A stretch of 64,000 bases of DNA from Corallococcus exiguus (lineage in GTDB: Bacteria; Myxococcota; Myxococcia; Myxococcales; Myxococcaceae), in the NCBI RefSeq assembly GCF_009909105.1, contig NZ_JAAAPK010000002.1:157827-221826 (forward strand), written 5' to 3'. The notes below the pieces were generated by a model. It searched no databases. It saw only the letters and a list, made by a program, of their open reading frames with translations, and was not told the origin of the DNA. A program made the translations under genes and the position numbers. Positions 17,442-25,902 of this stretch are shown here, piece after piece (position 1 is the first letter of the stretch; each line of letters begins with the position of its first letter).

Positions 17442-19874
17442 ATGAAAGTGTCCCTCCAGCATCTCGCCCTCCTCGCCTCCGCGGCCCTGTTGTCCGCGCA
17501 GGCTCCCGCCCCCTCGGTCCCCAGCACCGCCCCGGTGGCTCCGGCCGCCACGGCCCCGGCTCCCAGCGACGACACGGATCAGGCCCCCACGACGCGCACG
17601 GACAACGCGCCGTCGGAGGCGCAGCTGACGCCGCCGCCGGACGCGGACAAGGCGCCGTTGCCGGTGGGCTACGTGCAGGTGTTCAACCCGGCCTTCCCGG
17701 GGATCGTGCCGCCCACGCCAGTGGTGCACCGCGGGCGCCGCTACGGGCTGGAGGACCTGACGCCGTACTTCGCCGACGGCAAGAAGCGGGACGCGAAGGA
17801 CGCCTTCGACAAGGGCCAGTACACCAAGGCGCGCGCGCTGCTGGAGGGTGAAGGGGACAGCCCGCCGGTGCGCTACCTGCGCGCGCTGTCCGCGGTGCGG
17901 GCCGGGGACGACAAGTCGGCGGCGACGGAGATGGCGGCGCTCGCCAACGACTACCCGGCGCTGAAGGACCGCTGCCTCACGCACGCGGGCGTGGCGCTGG
18001 AGTCCCAGGGCCGGCTGGACGACGCGGCGGCCAGCTTCAAGCAGGTGCCGGAGGGCTCGCGCATGTACGTGGACGCGCGCCTGGGCCTGGCGCGCGTGCT
18101 GCGCAAGAAGAAGGACTACGACGGCGCCATGGAGGCGCTGACGCCGCTCACCCAGCGCATGATGACGGGCTGGGGCCGCAACGTGGGCGCGGAGGCGCTC
18201 ATCGCCACGGCGGACCTGGCGGTGGAGAAGAAGGACAAGGCGGCGGAGAAGGCCGCGCTGTGGAAGCTGTGGGCAGCCCAGCCCCTGTCGCCCATCGTCA
18301 AGCAGGTGGAGAAGCGCCTCAAGGGGCAGACGCCGCCCCTGGACGCCAAGGTGGGCCGCGCGGAGGCGCTCATCGAAGCGCACCGCAACAAGCAGGGCAT
18401 GGCCATCCTGGAGCCGATGCTCAAGACGATGAAGCTGCCGGACACGCTCGCGTGCCGCGCGCACTTCGCGTTCGGCAAGGGTCAGCGCAAGGAGCGCCAG
18501 CACACGGCCGCCATCCAGATCCTCACGCCGGTGGTGGAGCAGTGCAATGACCGCGACCTGCTGGCCCGCGCGCTGTACGTGCTGGGCTCGTCGCGCTCCA
18601 TCGTGGATCAGCAGCACGGCCCGGACACCTACGAGCGGCTGGCGAAGGAGTTCCCGGACCACTCGTTCGCGGACGACGCGCTCTTCTACGCGGCCGACCT
18701 GTACGTGAAGACGAACCGCCCCAAGGAGGCCATGGCGCGCCTGGACGAAGTCGCGCGCCTGTACCCCAAGGGCGACTTCCTGGGCGAGGCGCTCTTCAAG
18801 GCCTTCTGGGTGGCGCGCACGTCGAAGGTGGAGGACGGGGGCTTCTCCTTCCTGGACCGCATCGAGGCGCAGTTCGCCAACGCGGACGAGTCCTACGACG
18901 TGGAGCGCGCGCAGTACTGGCGGGCTCGCACGCTGGAGGAGCGCGGAAACATCCAGGGCGCCGCGGAGCTGATGGAGAAGCTCGCAGTGGAGCACCCGGC
19001 GACGTACTACGGCCTGATGGCGCGCTCGAAGCTGGGCGAGCTGGACCCCAAGCGGCTGGAGGCCGTGTCGTCGTCCATCTTCGACGTGCCGGAGGCCGCC
19101 AGCCCCTGGCCGATGTTCGCGGGCCCCATGGGGGACGACCCCCACTTCCGCGCGGGCGTGGAGCTCTTGCGCCTGGGCTTCGCGGACTCCGTGTCGTCGG
19201 AGCTGATGCTGGTGAACCGCGCCAACCAGCCGCCGGAGTCCATGCGGCTGCTGGTGATGGTGCTGTCGCAGTCCGGCGACGCGCGGTCGGCGCACGCCAT
19301 CGCGCGGCTCGCGCTGCGCAAGGACCTGAGCGGGCGCATCACCGCGCAGACGCGGCCCGTGTGGGAGGTGGCCTATCCCAACGCGTTCCGCGATCTGATT
19401 GAGAAGCACACCGTGCCCGCGGGCGTGGAGCCGGACCTGCTCCAGGCGCTGATGCGCGAGGAGAGCGCGTTGGACCCCAAGGCCCTGTCCTGGGCCGGCG
19501 CGCTGGGCCTCACGCAGCTGATGCCCTCCACGGCGAAGGGCGTGGCGCGCGAGCTCAAGGTGAAGCACTTCACCGTGGACTCGCTGCTCCAGCCGGAGCT
19601 GAACATCCGCTTCGGCGCGCACTACCTGGGCGGCCTCATCAAGCAGTTCAAGGGCCACACGCCCTACGCGGTGGGCAGCTACAACGCGGGCTCCGGCGCG
19701 GTGAACCGCTGGCGCGCGGCCAGGCCGGACCTGGCGCTGGATGCGTGGGTGGAGGAGATCCCCATCGCGGAGACGCGCGGCTACATCAAGCGCGTGCTGC
19801 GCTCCTACAACACCTACCAGCTGCTCTACGGCCGCGTGCCGAAGGTGCCGGTGATGCCCAGTGCATCGCGTTAG
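17442..19874 (+). CDS. slt: Soluble lytic murein transglycosylase (Slt70-like: superhelical N-domain plus SLT catalytic domain)
   Basis: Signal peptide MKVSLQHLALLASAALLSAQA. The C-terminal SLT domain contains ESALDPKALSWAGALGLTQLMPSTAKG and YNAG. Confidence 0.85.
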   Translation: MKVSLQHLALLASAALLSAQAPAPSVPSTAPVAPAATAPAPSDDTDQAPTTRTDNAPSEAQLTPPPDADKAPLPVGYVQVFNPAFPGIVPPTPVVHRGRRYGLEDLTPYFADGKKRDAKDAFDKGQYTKARALLEGEGDSPPVRYLRALSAVRAGDDKSAATEMAALANDYPALKDRCLTHAGVALESQGRLDDAAASFKQVPEGSRMYVDARLGLARVLRKKKDYDGAMEALTPLTQRMMTGWGRNVGAEALIATADLAVEKKDKAAEKAALWKLWAAQPLSPIVKQVEKRLKGQTPPLDAKVGRAEALIEAHRNKQGMAILEPMLKTMKLPDTLACRAHFAFGKGQRKERQHTAAIQILTPVVEQCNDRDLLARALYVLGSSRSIVDQQHGPDTYERLAKEFPDHSFADDALFYAADLYVKTNRPKEAMARLDEVARLYPKGDFLGEALFKAFWVARTSKVEDGGFSFLDRIEAQFANADESYDVERAQYWRARTLEERGNIQGAAELMEKLAVEHPATYYGLMARSKLGELDPKRLEAVSSSIFDVPEAASPWPMFAGPMGDDPHFRAGVELLRLGFADSVSSELMLVNRANQPPESMRLLVMVLSQSGDARSAHAIARLALRKDLSGRITAQTRPVWEVAYPNAFRDLIEKHTVPAGVEPDLLQALMREESALDPKALSWAGALGLTQLMPSTAKGVARELKVKHFTVDSLLQPELNIRFGAHYLGGLIKQFKGHTPYAVGSYNAGSGAVNRWRAARPDLALDAWVEEIPIAETRGYIKRVLRSYNTYQLLYGRVPKVPVMPSASR

Positions 19875-19952
19875 TGCGTAATCCTGGCTGAAGCCTGAAT
19901 TCGAGTTTTCTTTGTGGAGGGGGAAGGGCGGGCCGTGATTTCGTCGGCCGCC

Positions 19953-21398
19953 ATGCTCCCCCTCCGAATGAGAATCGCTCCCCTCGCCGTCGCTGTCTTC
20001 ACCCTGGTGGCTTTGTGTCTTCCGGCTGAAGCCGAGGCGCAGGCCTGGTCGCTGACGAACGCGCAGCGGCAGGCGTTCCTGCGCTACTACGCGCCGGTCA
20101 TCTTCAAGCGCGCGAACGCGAACGACAACAAGCACGGCTACGACTGGCTGACGAACTTCGACTTCGACCAGGACGGGGACTTCTCCAACAACAAGCTGCA
20201 CTGGAAGCAGATCAACCAGTACGTGGACGCGTCGCGCGTGGGCCCCAGCGCGTTCGACAAGTGGCGCATCCGGCCGACGCTCTACACGTCACTGATTGAG
20301 TACATGGACGGGGGGAAGAACCTCACCCTCGTGTATCACCTGTATCACGCGCTGGATAAGAACGCGGCGGGCAACTGGCAGCTGCACGACTGGGAGCGCG
20401 TCGAGCTCCAGGTTCGCAACGTGGTGGGCAACCCGGGCAGCGGCGAGACCGTGGCGTACGCGGTGGTGACGCAGCACAAGCGCAACGTCGTGCGCCGGGC
20501 GGGCAGCGGCGACCTCCAGTTCATGCAGACGGGCACCGGCAGCCACCTGCTCATCTGGCAGGCGGAGTGGTCCGACAAGCTGCTGGCGCCGCACGGGCAG
20601 GAGCTGCGCTTCGTGACGGATTCGTACTCGTTCTTCGCGGGCCGGATGGCGTCTGGCGGGAAGGCGGAGGCGGACGTGAACAACGACGACGGGCGCAAGA
20701 AGCTGCACTTCGTCTTCGTGCCGGAGGACGACGGGGCGGCGGTGACGGCGTTCAACGCGCAGCCGGTGCGGTACTCGACGGCGGACGCCCAGGCCAGCCG
20801 CTATGACAACGGGTCTTCGGCCAATTGGCCCGCGGTGAAGCGCGTCACGTACGAGCTGCAGGACCTGGCGGACATCCTCCCCACGCACTGGGAGCACGGG
20901 GGCTATGCGACGCACTGGCTGCCGGACGCGCCGCAGTTCTTCTTCCTGGAGAGCCCGGTGGTGAACGAGGCGGGGCAGGCGGAGGTGAGCGTGGGGATGC
21001 AGCGCTTCTTCTCCAAGACGCGCGACGTGGAGGGGCAGGACGACCGCGAGGGCTACCCGTCGAAGAAGTGGCTCTTCGGCACGTTCGAGCTGAACGACAA
21101 GGCGTCGGACACGGGCGGTGGCGGGTCCAGCGAGTTCCACGACAAGTCGTGGGCGGGCACGGTGGCGGACTCGCGGGGGCAGACGCGCATGAGCGCCAGC
21201 GGCTACCCGGCGTCGGTGAATTCGTACTGGTGGCAGCACGACTACTTCGTGCACTCGGGCGTGACGGACGACACCGACGGGCGAGAGCAGGGCTTCTGGC
21301 TGCAGGGCGGGTGGTACCTGCCGCAGAACGGCGGTTTCGACGGACGCTGGGTGCAGCTCTTCGACGACCGGCCGGGCAAGGAGTCCGGCGAGTACTGA
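19953..21398 (+). CDS. Secreted protein with NLP/NPP1-like core motif (…YHxYHAxD…NWQLHDWERVELQV…)
   Basis: Signal peptide MLPLRMRIAPLAVAVFTLVALCLPAEA. LHDWE matches the NLP heptapeptide GHRHDWE at HDWE, with the upstream Y..Y...D spacing preserved. The protein (481 aa from ATG 19953) is much longer than canonical NLPs. Confidence 0.5.
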   Translation: MLPLRMRIAPLAVAVFTLVALCLPAEAEAQAWSLTNAQRQAFLRYYAPVIFKRANANDNKHGYDWLTNFDFDQDGDFSNNKLHWKQINQYVDASRVGPSAFDKWRIRPTLYTSLIEYMDGGKNLTLVYHLYHALDKNAAGNWQLHDWERVELQVRNVVGNPGSGETVAYAVVTQHKRNVVRRAGSGDLQFMQTGTGSHLLIWQAEWSDKLLAPHGQELRFVTDSYSFFAGRMASGGKAEADVNNDDGRKKLHFVFVPEDDGAAVTAFNAQPVRYSTADAQASRYDNGSSANWPAVKRVTYELQDLADILPTHWEHGGYATHWLPDAPQFFFLESPVVNEAGQAEVSVGMQRFFSKTRDVEGQDDREGYPSKKWLFGTFELNDKASDTGGGGSSEFHDKSWAGTVADSRGQTRMSASGYPASVNSYWWQHDYFVHSGVTDDTDGREQGFWLQGGWYLPQNGGFDGRWVQLFDDRPGKESGEY

Positions 21399-21546
21399 AT
21401 TGGTCCTGATTGCCGGGGGGTGGCAGAGCGAGAAGCGGCGCTCATGTCCCCCCGTGCAGGAGCACTGGAAGAATCTCGGGATCGGAGTGGGACTGGTAGG
21501 ATTGAGGGGCAGTCCCACCCCCTCGTTTGCGTGAAGGAAACACGCC

Positions 21547-22695
21547 ATGAGTCAGCCCAGCGCCCCCAGCCCTCAACAGATAGACCTCAACCGCACCGCC
21601 GTGGAAATCGCCCCGGAGACCTTCTGGGTCGGGAAGCGCGAGCCCGGCGGCATCTTCTTCGCCAACCCGTACCTGCGCCGCTTTCGGGGCACGGACACCC
21701 GGACGAAGAAACCCTCTGAGTTCAACCTCCTCATCGACCCCGGGTCGAGCAGCGACTTCTCCACCATCCACACGAAGGTGGTGTCGCTGATTGGGGGGAT
21801 GGACCGGCTGTCGGCGCTCTTCATCAACCACCAGGATCCGGACGTGGGCTCGTCCGCGAACATCATCTCGGCGCGCTACTCGCCGCGCGCGAGCATCCTG
21901 TGCTCCGAGGACACCTGGCGGCTCATCGTCCACTTCAACCTGCCGCGCAACCGCTTCATCCCGACGGAGAAGTTCTCGCAGGGGTTGAGCGTGCCCACGG
22001 GCCACAAGCTGCTGCCGGTGCCGTCGCCGTTCTGCCACTTCCGGGGCGCGGTGATGCTCTACGACCCGCAGACGCGGGTGCTCTTCACGGGCGACCTCTT
22101 CGGCGGCCTCACGGACAGCAAGGCGCAGGGCCTGTGGGCGGAGGAGTCCGACTGGACGGGTATCCGGGCGTTCCATCAAATCTACATGCCGGTGAACTCG
22201 GCGCTGGTGCGCGCGGTGGCGGCCATCCGGAAGCTCACGCCCGCGGTGGAGATGATCGCCCCGCAGCACGGCCGCGTCATCCGGGGCAAGCTGGTGCAGC
22301 AGTTCCTGGAGCGCATGGAGCGCCTCCAGGTGGGCCTGGACATCATCGACGAGGCGCAGGACCGCACGCACCTGCAGGCCTGGAGCGCGGTGATTGATCG
22401 GGTGCTGAACCTGGCGCGCGGCTACCTGGGGGATTCGGTGGAGGCCAAGCTCACCGCGAGCGATCAGCTGGCGGACACGGCGAAGTTCAACGGCAAGCAG
22501 CTGGAGGTGAGCCGCATGGGCAAGTGGACGCTGGAGCACGTGGTGGAGGTGCTCTGCCAGGGCGAGCCCACGGAGATTTCCGGCCCCATCATGGTGGAGG
22601 CCACCATCGCCGCCGCTGAATACAACCTGCCCACGCCCCACCTGGACATCGAAGGCGCAGGCGCGCCGGCCCCCGTCTCGCTGCTGGAGTCGTGA
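21547..22695 (+). CDS. Metallo-beta-lactamase-fold protein with degenerate metal motif (HQDPD in place of HxHxDH)
   Basis: The segment FNLLIDPGSSSD…ALFINHQDPDVGSSANI resembles an MBL / flavodiiron-type beta-lactamase-like core. The downstream stretch TGDLFGG fits the fold. Confidence 0.55.
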   Translation: MSQPSAPSPQQIDLNRTAVEIAPETFWVGKREPGGIFFANPYLRRFRGTDTRTKKPSEFNLLIDPGSSSDFSTIHTKVVSLIGGMDRLSALFINHQDPDVGSSANIISARYSPRASILCSEDTWRLIVHFNLPRNRFIPTEKFSQGLSVPTGHKLLPVPSPFCHFRGAVMLYDPQTRVLFTGDLFGGLTDSKAQGLWAEESDWTGIRAFHQIYMPVNSALVRAVAAIRKLTPAVEMIAPQHGRVIRGKLVQQFLERMERLQVGLDIIDEAQDRTHLQAWSAVIDRVLNLARGYLGDSVEAKLTASDQLADTAKFNGKQLEVSRMGKWTLEHVVEVLCQGEPTEISGPIMVEATIAAAEYNLPTPHLDIEGAGAPAPVSLLES

Positions 22696-22708
22696 GAGGG
22701 GAGGGCGG

Positions 22709-23743
22709 GTGCATTCCAAGGACCGTGACAGCGGAGGGTTGACCTACCTGGGCCCGGAGGCGCTGAACGCGCGGCCGGGCAACGCCGTGGCAGAGGACGG
22801 CTCGGAGCCGACGCTGCCGCAGGTGCGGACGCCCGTGTCTCCGGGCGGCACGTTGATCCAGGGCGCGGTGACGCCGCAGCCCCTGGTGCCCACCAGCCAG
22901 GGCCTTGTCCCCGGGCAGGTGGTGGCGGGGCGCTACCGGGTGGAGAAGTGGCTGGGGGTGGGTGGGACGTCGGCGGTGTATCAGGCGCTGGATGTGAAGA
23001 AGCACCAGCGCGTGGCGCTCAAGGTGTTGGCGGTGCCGTACGCCGACGAGGCGATGGTGACGCGCTTCCGCCAGGAGGTGGACCACGCCCGGGCGCTGGA
23101 GCACGTGAACATCCTGCATGTGTTTGACGTGGGCTCGGATGGGGACCGGCACTACCTGACGGTGGAGCTGCTGGAGGGAAGGGACCTGCGTCAGGTGATG
23201 ATGGAGGGCCGACCTACGTTGGCCAATGCCTTGCGGTGGCTGACGCACGCCACGGTGGCGCTGGAGCACGCGCACGCGCAAGGGGTGCTGCACCGGGACG
23301 TGAAGCCCGGGAACCTGTTCATCACGCGCACGGGCGTGCTGAAGCTGATGGATTTCGGGCTCGCCAAGAGCGCGCATGTGATGGGCAACACGGCGCAGGG
23401 CGCGACGCTGGGGACACCGGAGTACATGGCTCCGGAGCAAGTGACAGGTGTGCCCGTGTCGCCGGCCACGGACCTGTATGCCCTGGGTGTGGTGGCGTAC
23501 GAGATGATCACCGGGCAGCTGCCGTTCCGGCATGCGCAGCCTGTCCCGCTGATGCTGATGCACGTGCAGGAGACGCCTGTGCCTCCGAGGAAGCGGTGTC
23601 CAGAGCTGCCGGAAGCCTTCGAGAAGGTCGTCCTCACGCTGATGCGGAAGCGACCCGAGGAGCGTTACGCCAGTGCAACGGTGCTGCGCGCTGAACTGGC
23701 GAAGCTGTGGCCGCTGGCACTCCAGCACGGGCGCGCGTTATAG
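22709..23743 (+). CDS. Ser/Thr protein kinase (cytoplasmic, 344 aa)
   Basis: Kinase subdomains are present: GVGGTSAVYQA…ALKVL, HRDVKPGNLFI, DFGLAK, and GTPEYMAPE. Confidence 0.85.
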   Translation: MHSKDRDSGGLTYLGPEALNARPGNAVAEDGSEPTLPQVRTPVSPGGTLIQGAVTPQPLVPTSQGLVPGQVVAGRYRVEKWLGVGGTSAVYQALDVKKHQRVALKVLAVPYADEAMVTRFRQEVDHARALEHVNILHVFDVGSDGDRHYLTVELLEGRDLRQVMMEGRPTLANALRWLTHATVALEHAHAQGVLHRDVKPGNLFITRTGVLKLMDFGLAKSAHVMGNTAQGATLGTPEYMAPEQVTGVPVSPATDLYALGVVAYEMITGQLPFRHAQPVPLMLMHVQETPVPPRKRCPELPEAFEKVVLTLMRKRPEERYASATVLRAELAKLWPLALQHGRAL

Positions 23744-23769
23744 GAGGGCTCATCCGCAGGGGGGCCTCC

Positions 23770-24150
23770 ATGTCTGTCAAATTCAATCACACGATCATCG
23801 CCGCGAAGGACAAGGTCGCGTCCGCGCAATTCCTCGCGGAGTTGCTCGGGCTTCCGGAGCCCAAGCCCTTCGGTCACTTCCAGGTGGTGAAACTGACGGA
23901 CGGCGCGTCGCTCGACTACGTCACCACTCAGGACGCGATCCACGGGCAGCACTACGCGTTCCTGGTGACGGAGGAGGTCTTCGATTCGCTGATCGCGAAG
24001 ATCCGCGACCGGAAGATCCAGCATTGGGCCGACCCGCGCGGCCAGCATGAGAATCAAATCAACACCCATGACGGAGGCCGCGGGGTCTACTTCCAGGATC
24101 CCAGCGGCCATTTCATGGAGGCCATCACCGTGCCCTACGGCGGTTGGTGA
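23770..24150 (+). CDS. VOC/glyoxalase-bleomycin-resistance-fold protein
   Basis: About 126 aa with paired βαβββ-type segments (HFQVVKLTDG…HYAFLVTEE…GVYFQDPSGHFMEAIT). Metal-ligand His and Glu positions are present. Confidence 0.65.
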   Translation: MSVKFNHTIIAAKDKVASAQFLAELLGLPEPKPFGHFQVVKLTDGASLDYVTTQDAIHGQHYAFLVTEEVFDSLIAKIRDRKIQHWADPRGQHENQINTHDGGRGVYFQDPSGHFMEAITVPYGGW

Positions 24151-24163
24151 GCCTCGTGCCTAG

Positions 24164-24412
24164 ATGGAAAGTGGCCTGGGCGTTCATCCAGGGCCGGTTC
24201 CGGGCATCAAGGTTCCAGCGTTTGGCAGAAGCCGCCTTAAGGTCCATGCGCAACCTGATCCAGATGCGCAGCTTCGCCTTCTGGACCTGAGCGCCCTCTC
24301 CAGCAAGCAGCTCGATGCCATCGCGCACGAACTTAACGGGCGCCCACGTCAAACGCTTGCATGGCGAACGCCTGCCGAAGTATTCGCGTCAGCTGTTGCG
24401 ACGACTGCTTGA
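24164..24412 (+). mobile_element. IS30-family transposase C-terminal fragment (pseudogene remnant)
   Basis: The translation …LDLSALSSKQLDAIAHELNGRPRQTLAWRTPAEVFASAVA matches the conserved extreme C-terminus of IS30 transposases (…ELxxIAxxLNxRPRKxLxxxTPxEVF). No N-terminal DDE region is present, and no inverted repeats are seen. Confidence 0.6.
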
Positions 24413-24663
24413 GAGCGCCGACTTTAGCTCAGCCGTTTTCGATGTCAGCTTGCTCGCAGGGGAAACCGAGGCGCTTCTCATGTGCCGATGCGGAATTTCC
24501 TGCAGGGGCAGTTCCTCAGTACACTCGCTCCTATCGAATTAGGCTCTTGCGGAGGGAGGAGCCTGTTCGTGTGTTCAGTTGTCCTTGCCAGGTTTTTGGA
24601 GCACCTGCTTGGTCGACTATAATGGATGAATTACCGATCTGTCTGCGCGCCCACGAGCATTGA

Positions 24664-25791
24664 ATGTCTTCTAAGTCCCCAAATGCTGTCACTCCGGAAC
24701 CGGTGTTCATTAGCCATTCCTCTGTCGACGGAGCCATGGCTAACTATTTTGTTGAGCAGCTTCTCGTGGCTGGAGCCGGACTCTCGGCGTCACAAATATT
24801 CTGCACTTCGGCAGCAAGTAGCCCAATTTCTGCCGGCACAAACTTTAATCCGAGAATCCGACAGGCAATTTCGCACAGTAGAATTGTCATCGCTCTTGTT
24901 TCCCGGAATTATTACAGAAGCCCCTTTTGCATGAGCGAACTGGGGGCTGCATGGGCTGCAGAAAAACTCCTCCCTATACTGGTTCCGCCGGTTGATTTTG
25001 GAGATCTGGAAGGGGTCCTCCATGGAGTGCACTGTCTCAGGTTGGAGGATGAGAGGAAAATTTTTGAGATCTACGATCGCTTGCGTGAAGCCAACTGGCA
25101 TCGACCAAACCCTGCTGGGGTTTACGCAGCGAAAGTCAAGGAGTTCTTGGCTGGCTTAGGTGGCCAACTCGCGAAGTTGCCTTCTCCTGATGTCGTGGAC
25201 CGCTCTGAATATAAAAAGCTCGAGAATCAAGTGGAAGAGCTTACTTCGAAACTAAAAGCCAGCATTGTCTCGGCTGAGGGTTTGCGTGCGGCGGCAAAGC
25301 CCGCTGTGCTCGAGTTGGCCAGGAAAGTCATATTCTCAGTTCCGCCAATTGCGGCCAATGGAACCACTACTGGAGCCGTAAAGCCCTCTGGCGGGGATAC
25401 TGAATTTAGCGATTTGGTTGAGCGAGTAAGTCGAATTGGAAAGACTGTGCCTAGCGTTATTTTCCGTATGGTCTATGCAAGAGCTGTTGGCAGCGAAGCG
25501 CATTTTCGGGTGTTTGAATCCGAGGCCGCTGACTGGGAAGCCGCTGTTGATCAGGGGTTGGTGAGACCTTATGACGATGGCGAGTTCTATTTGAACTTTC
25601 AGAGCGCAAGAGTTTCTCAGTTGCATGAGGCACTGCGGGCTGTTGATGATTTTTGGGCTGCCGTGGATGTTGAGTATCGGCTTGACTATGAAGTGTCGTG
25701 CCGCCATATCCCGTCTATTCGCGAAATTGATTTTTCGAGAAAGTGGTTCGGGTTTTGGTGGGAGGAAGATCCGGAGGATATTCCGTTTTAA
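24664..25791 (+). CDS. TIR-domain protein (N-terminal TIR with catalytic-Glu motif, coiled coil, ~180-aa unknown C-terminal domain)
   Basis: VFISHSSVDGAMANYFVEQLL … RIVIALVSRNYYRSPFCMSELGAAW shows the bacterial TIR hallmarks (FISHS start, second-strand IxxVS.NY, and the CxxEL glutamate). The region 24150-25850 has clearly lower GC than the flanks. Confidence 0.8.
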   Translation: MSSKSPNAVTPEPVFISHSSVDGAMANYFVEQLLVAGAGLSASQIFCTSAASSPISAGTNFNPRIRQAISHSRIVIALVSRNYYRSPFCMSELGAAWAAEKLLPILVPPVDFGDLEGVLHGVHCLRLEDERKIFEIYDRLREANWHRPNPAGVYAAKVKEFLAGLGGQLAKLPSPDVVDRSEYKKLENQVEELTSKLKASIVSAEGLRAAAKPAVLELARKVIFSVPPIAANGTTTGAVKPSGGDTEFSDLVERVSRIGKTVPSVIFRMVYARAVGSEAHFRVFESEAADWEAAVDQGLVRPYDDGEFYLNFQSARVSQLHEALRAVDDFWAAVDVEYRLDYEVSCRHIPSIREIDFSRKWFGFWWEEDPEDIPF

Positions 25792-25902
25792 TCGGACGGC
25801 ATGAAGTAATGAGGCTGGAGCACGCAAAAAGGGGGAGCCAAGTTCCAGCACGCATAGAACGAGGCTGGAGAACAGCTGACAGGTCTTGAGTCGAGTAGAG
25901 TC

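Noticed and set aside
17211-20201. 996-aa minus-strand ORF spanning the Slt gene and neighbours
   Set aside because: It crosses two divergent intergenic regions, has Arg/Val/Leu-rich composition and no domains. The Slt frame has the SLT catalytic motif.
24361-24663. 100-aa ORF between the IS30 remnant and the TIR gene
   Set aside because: No start context and odd Cys/Arg-rich composition. It lies in AT-richer decayed DNA and is probably non-coding remnant sequence.
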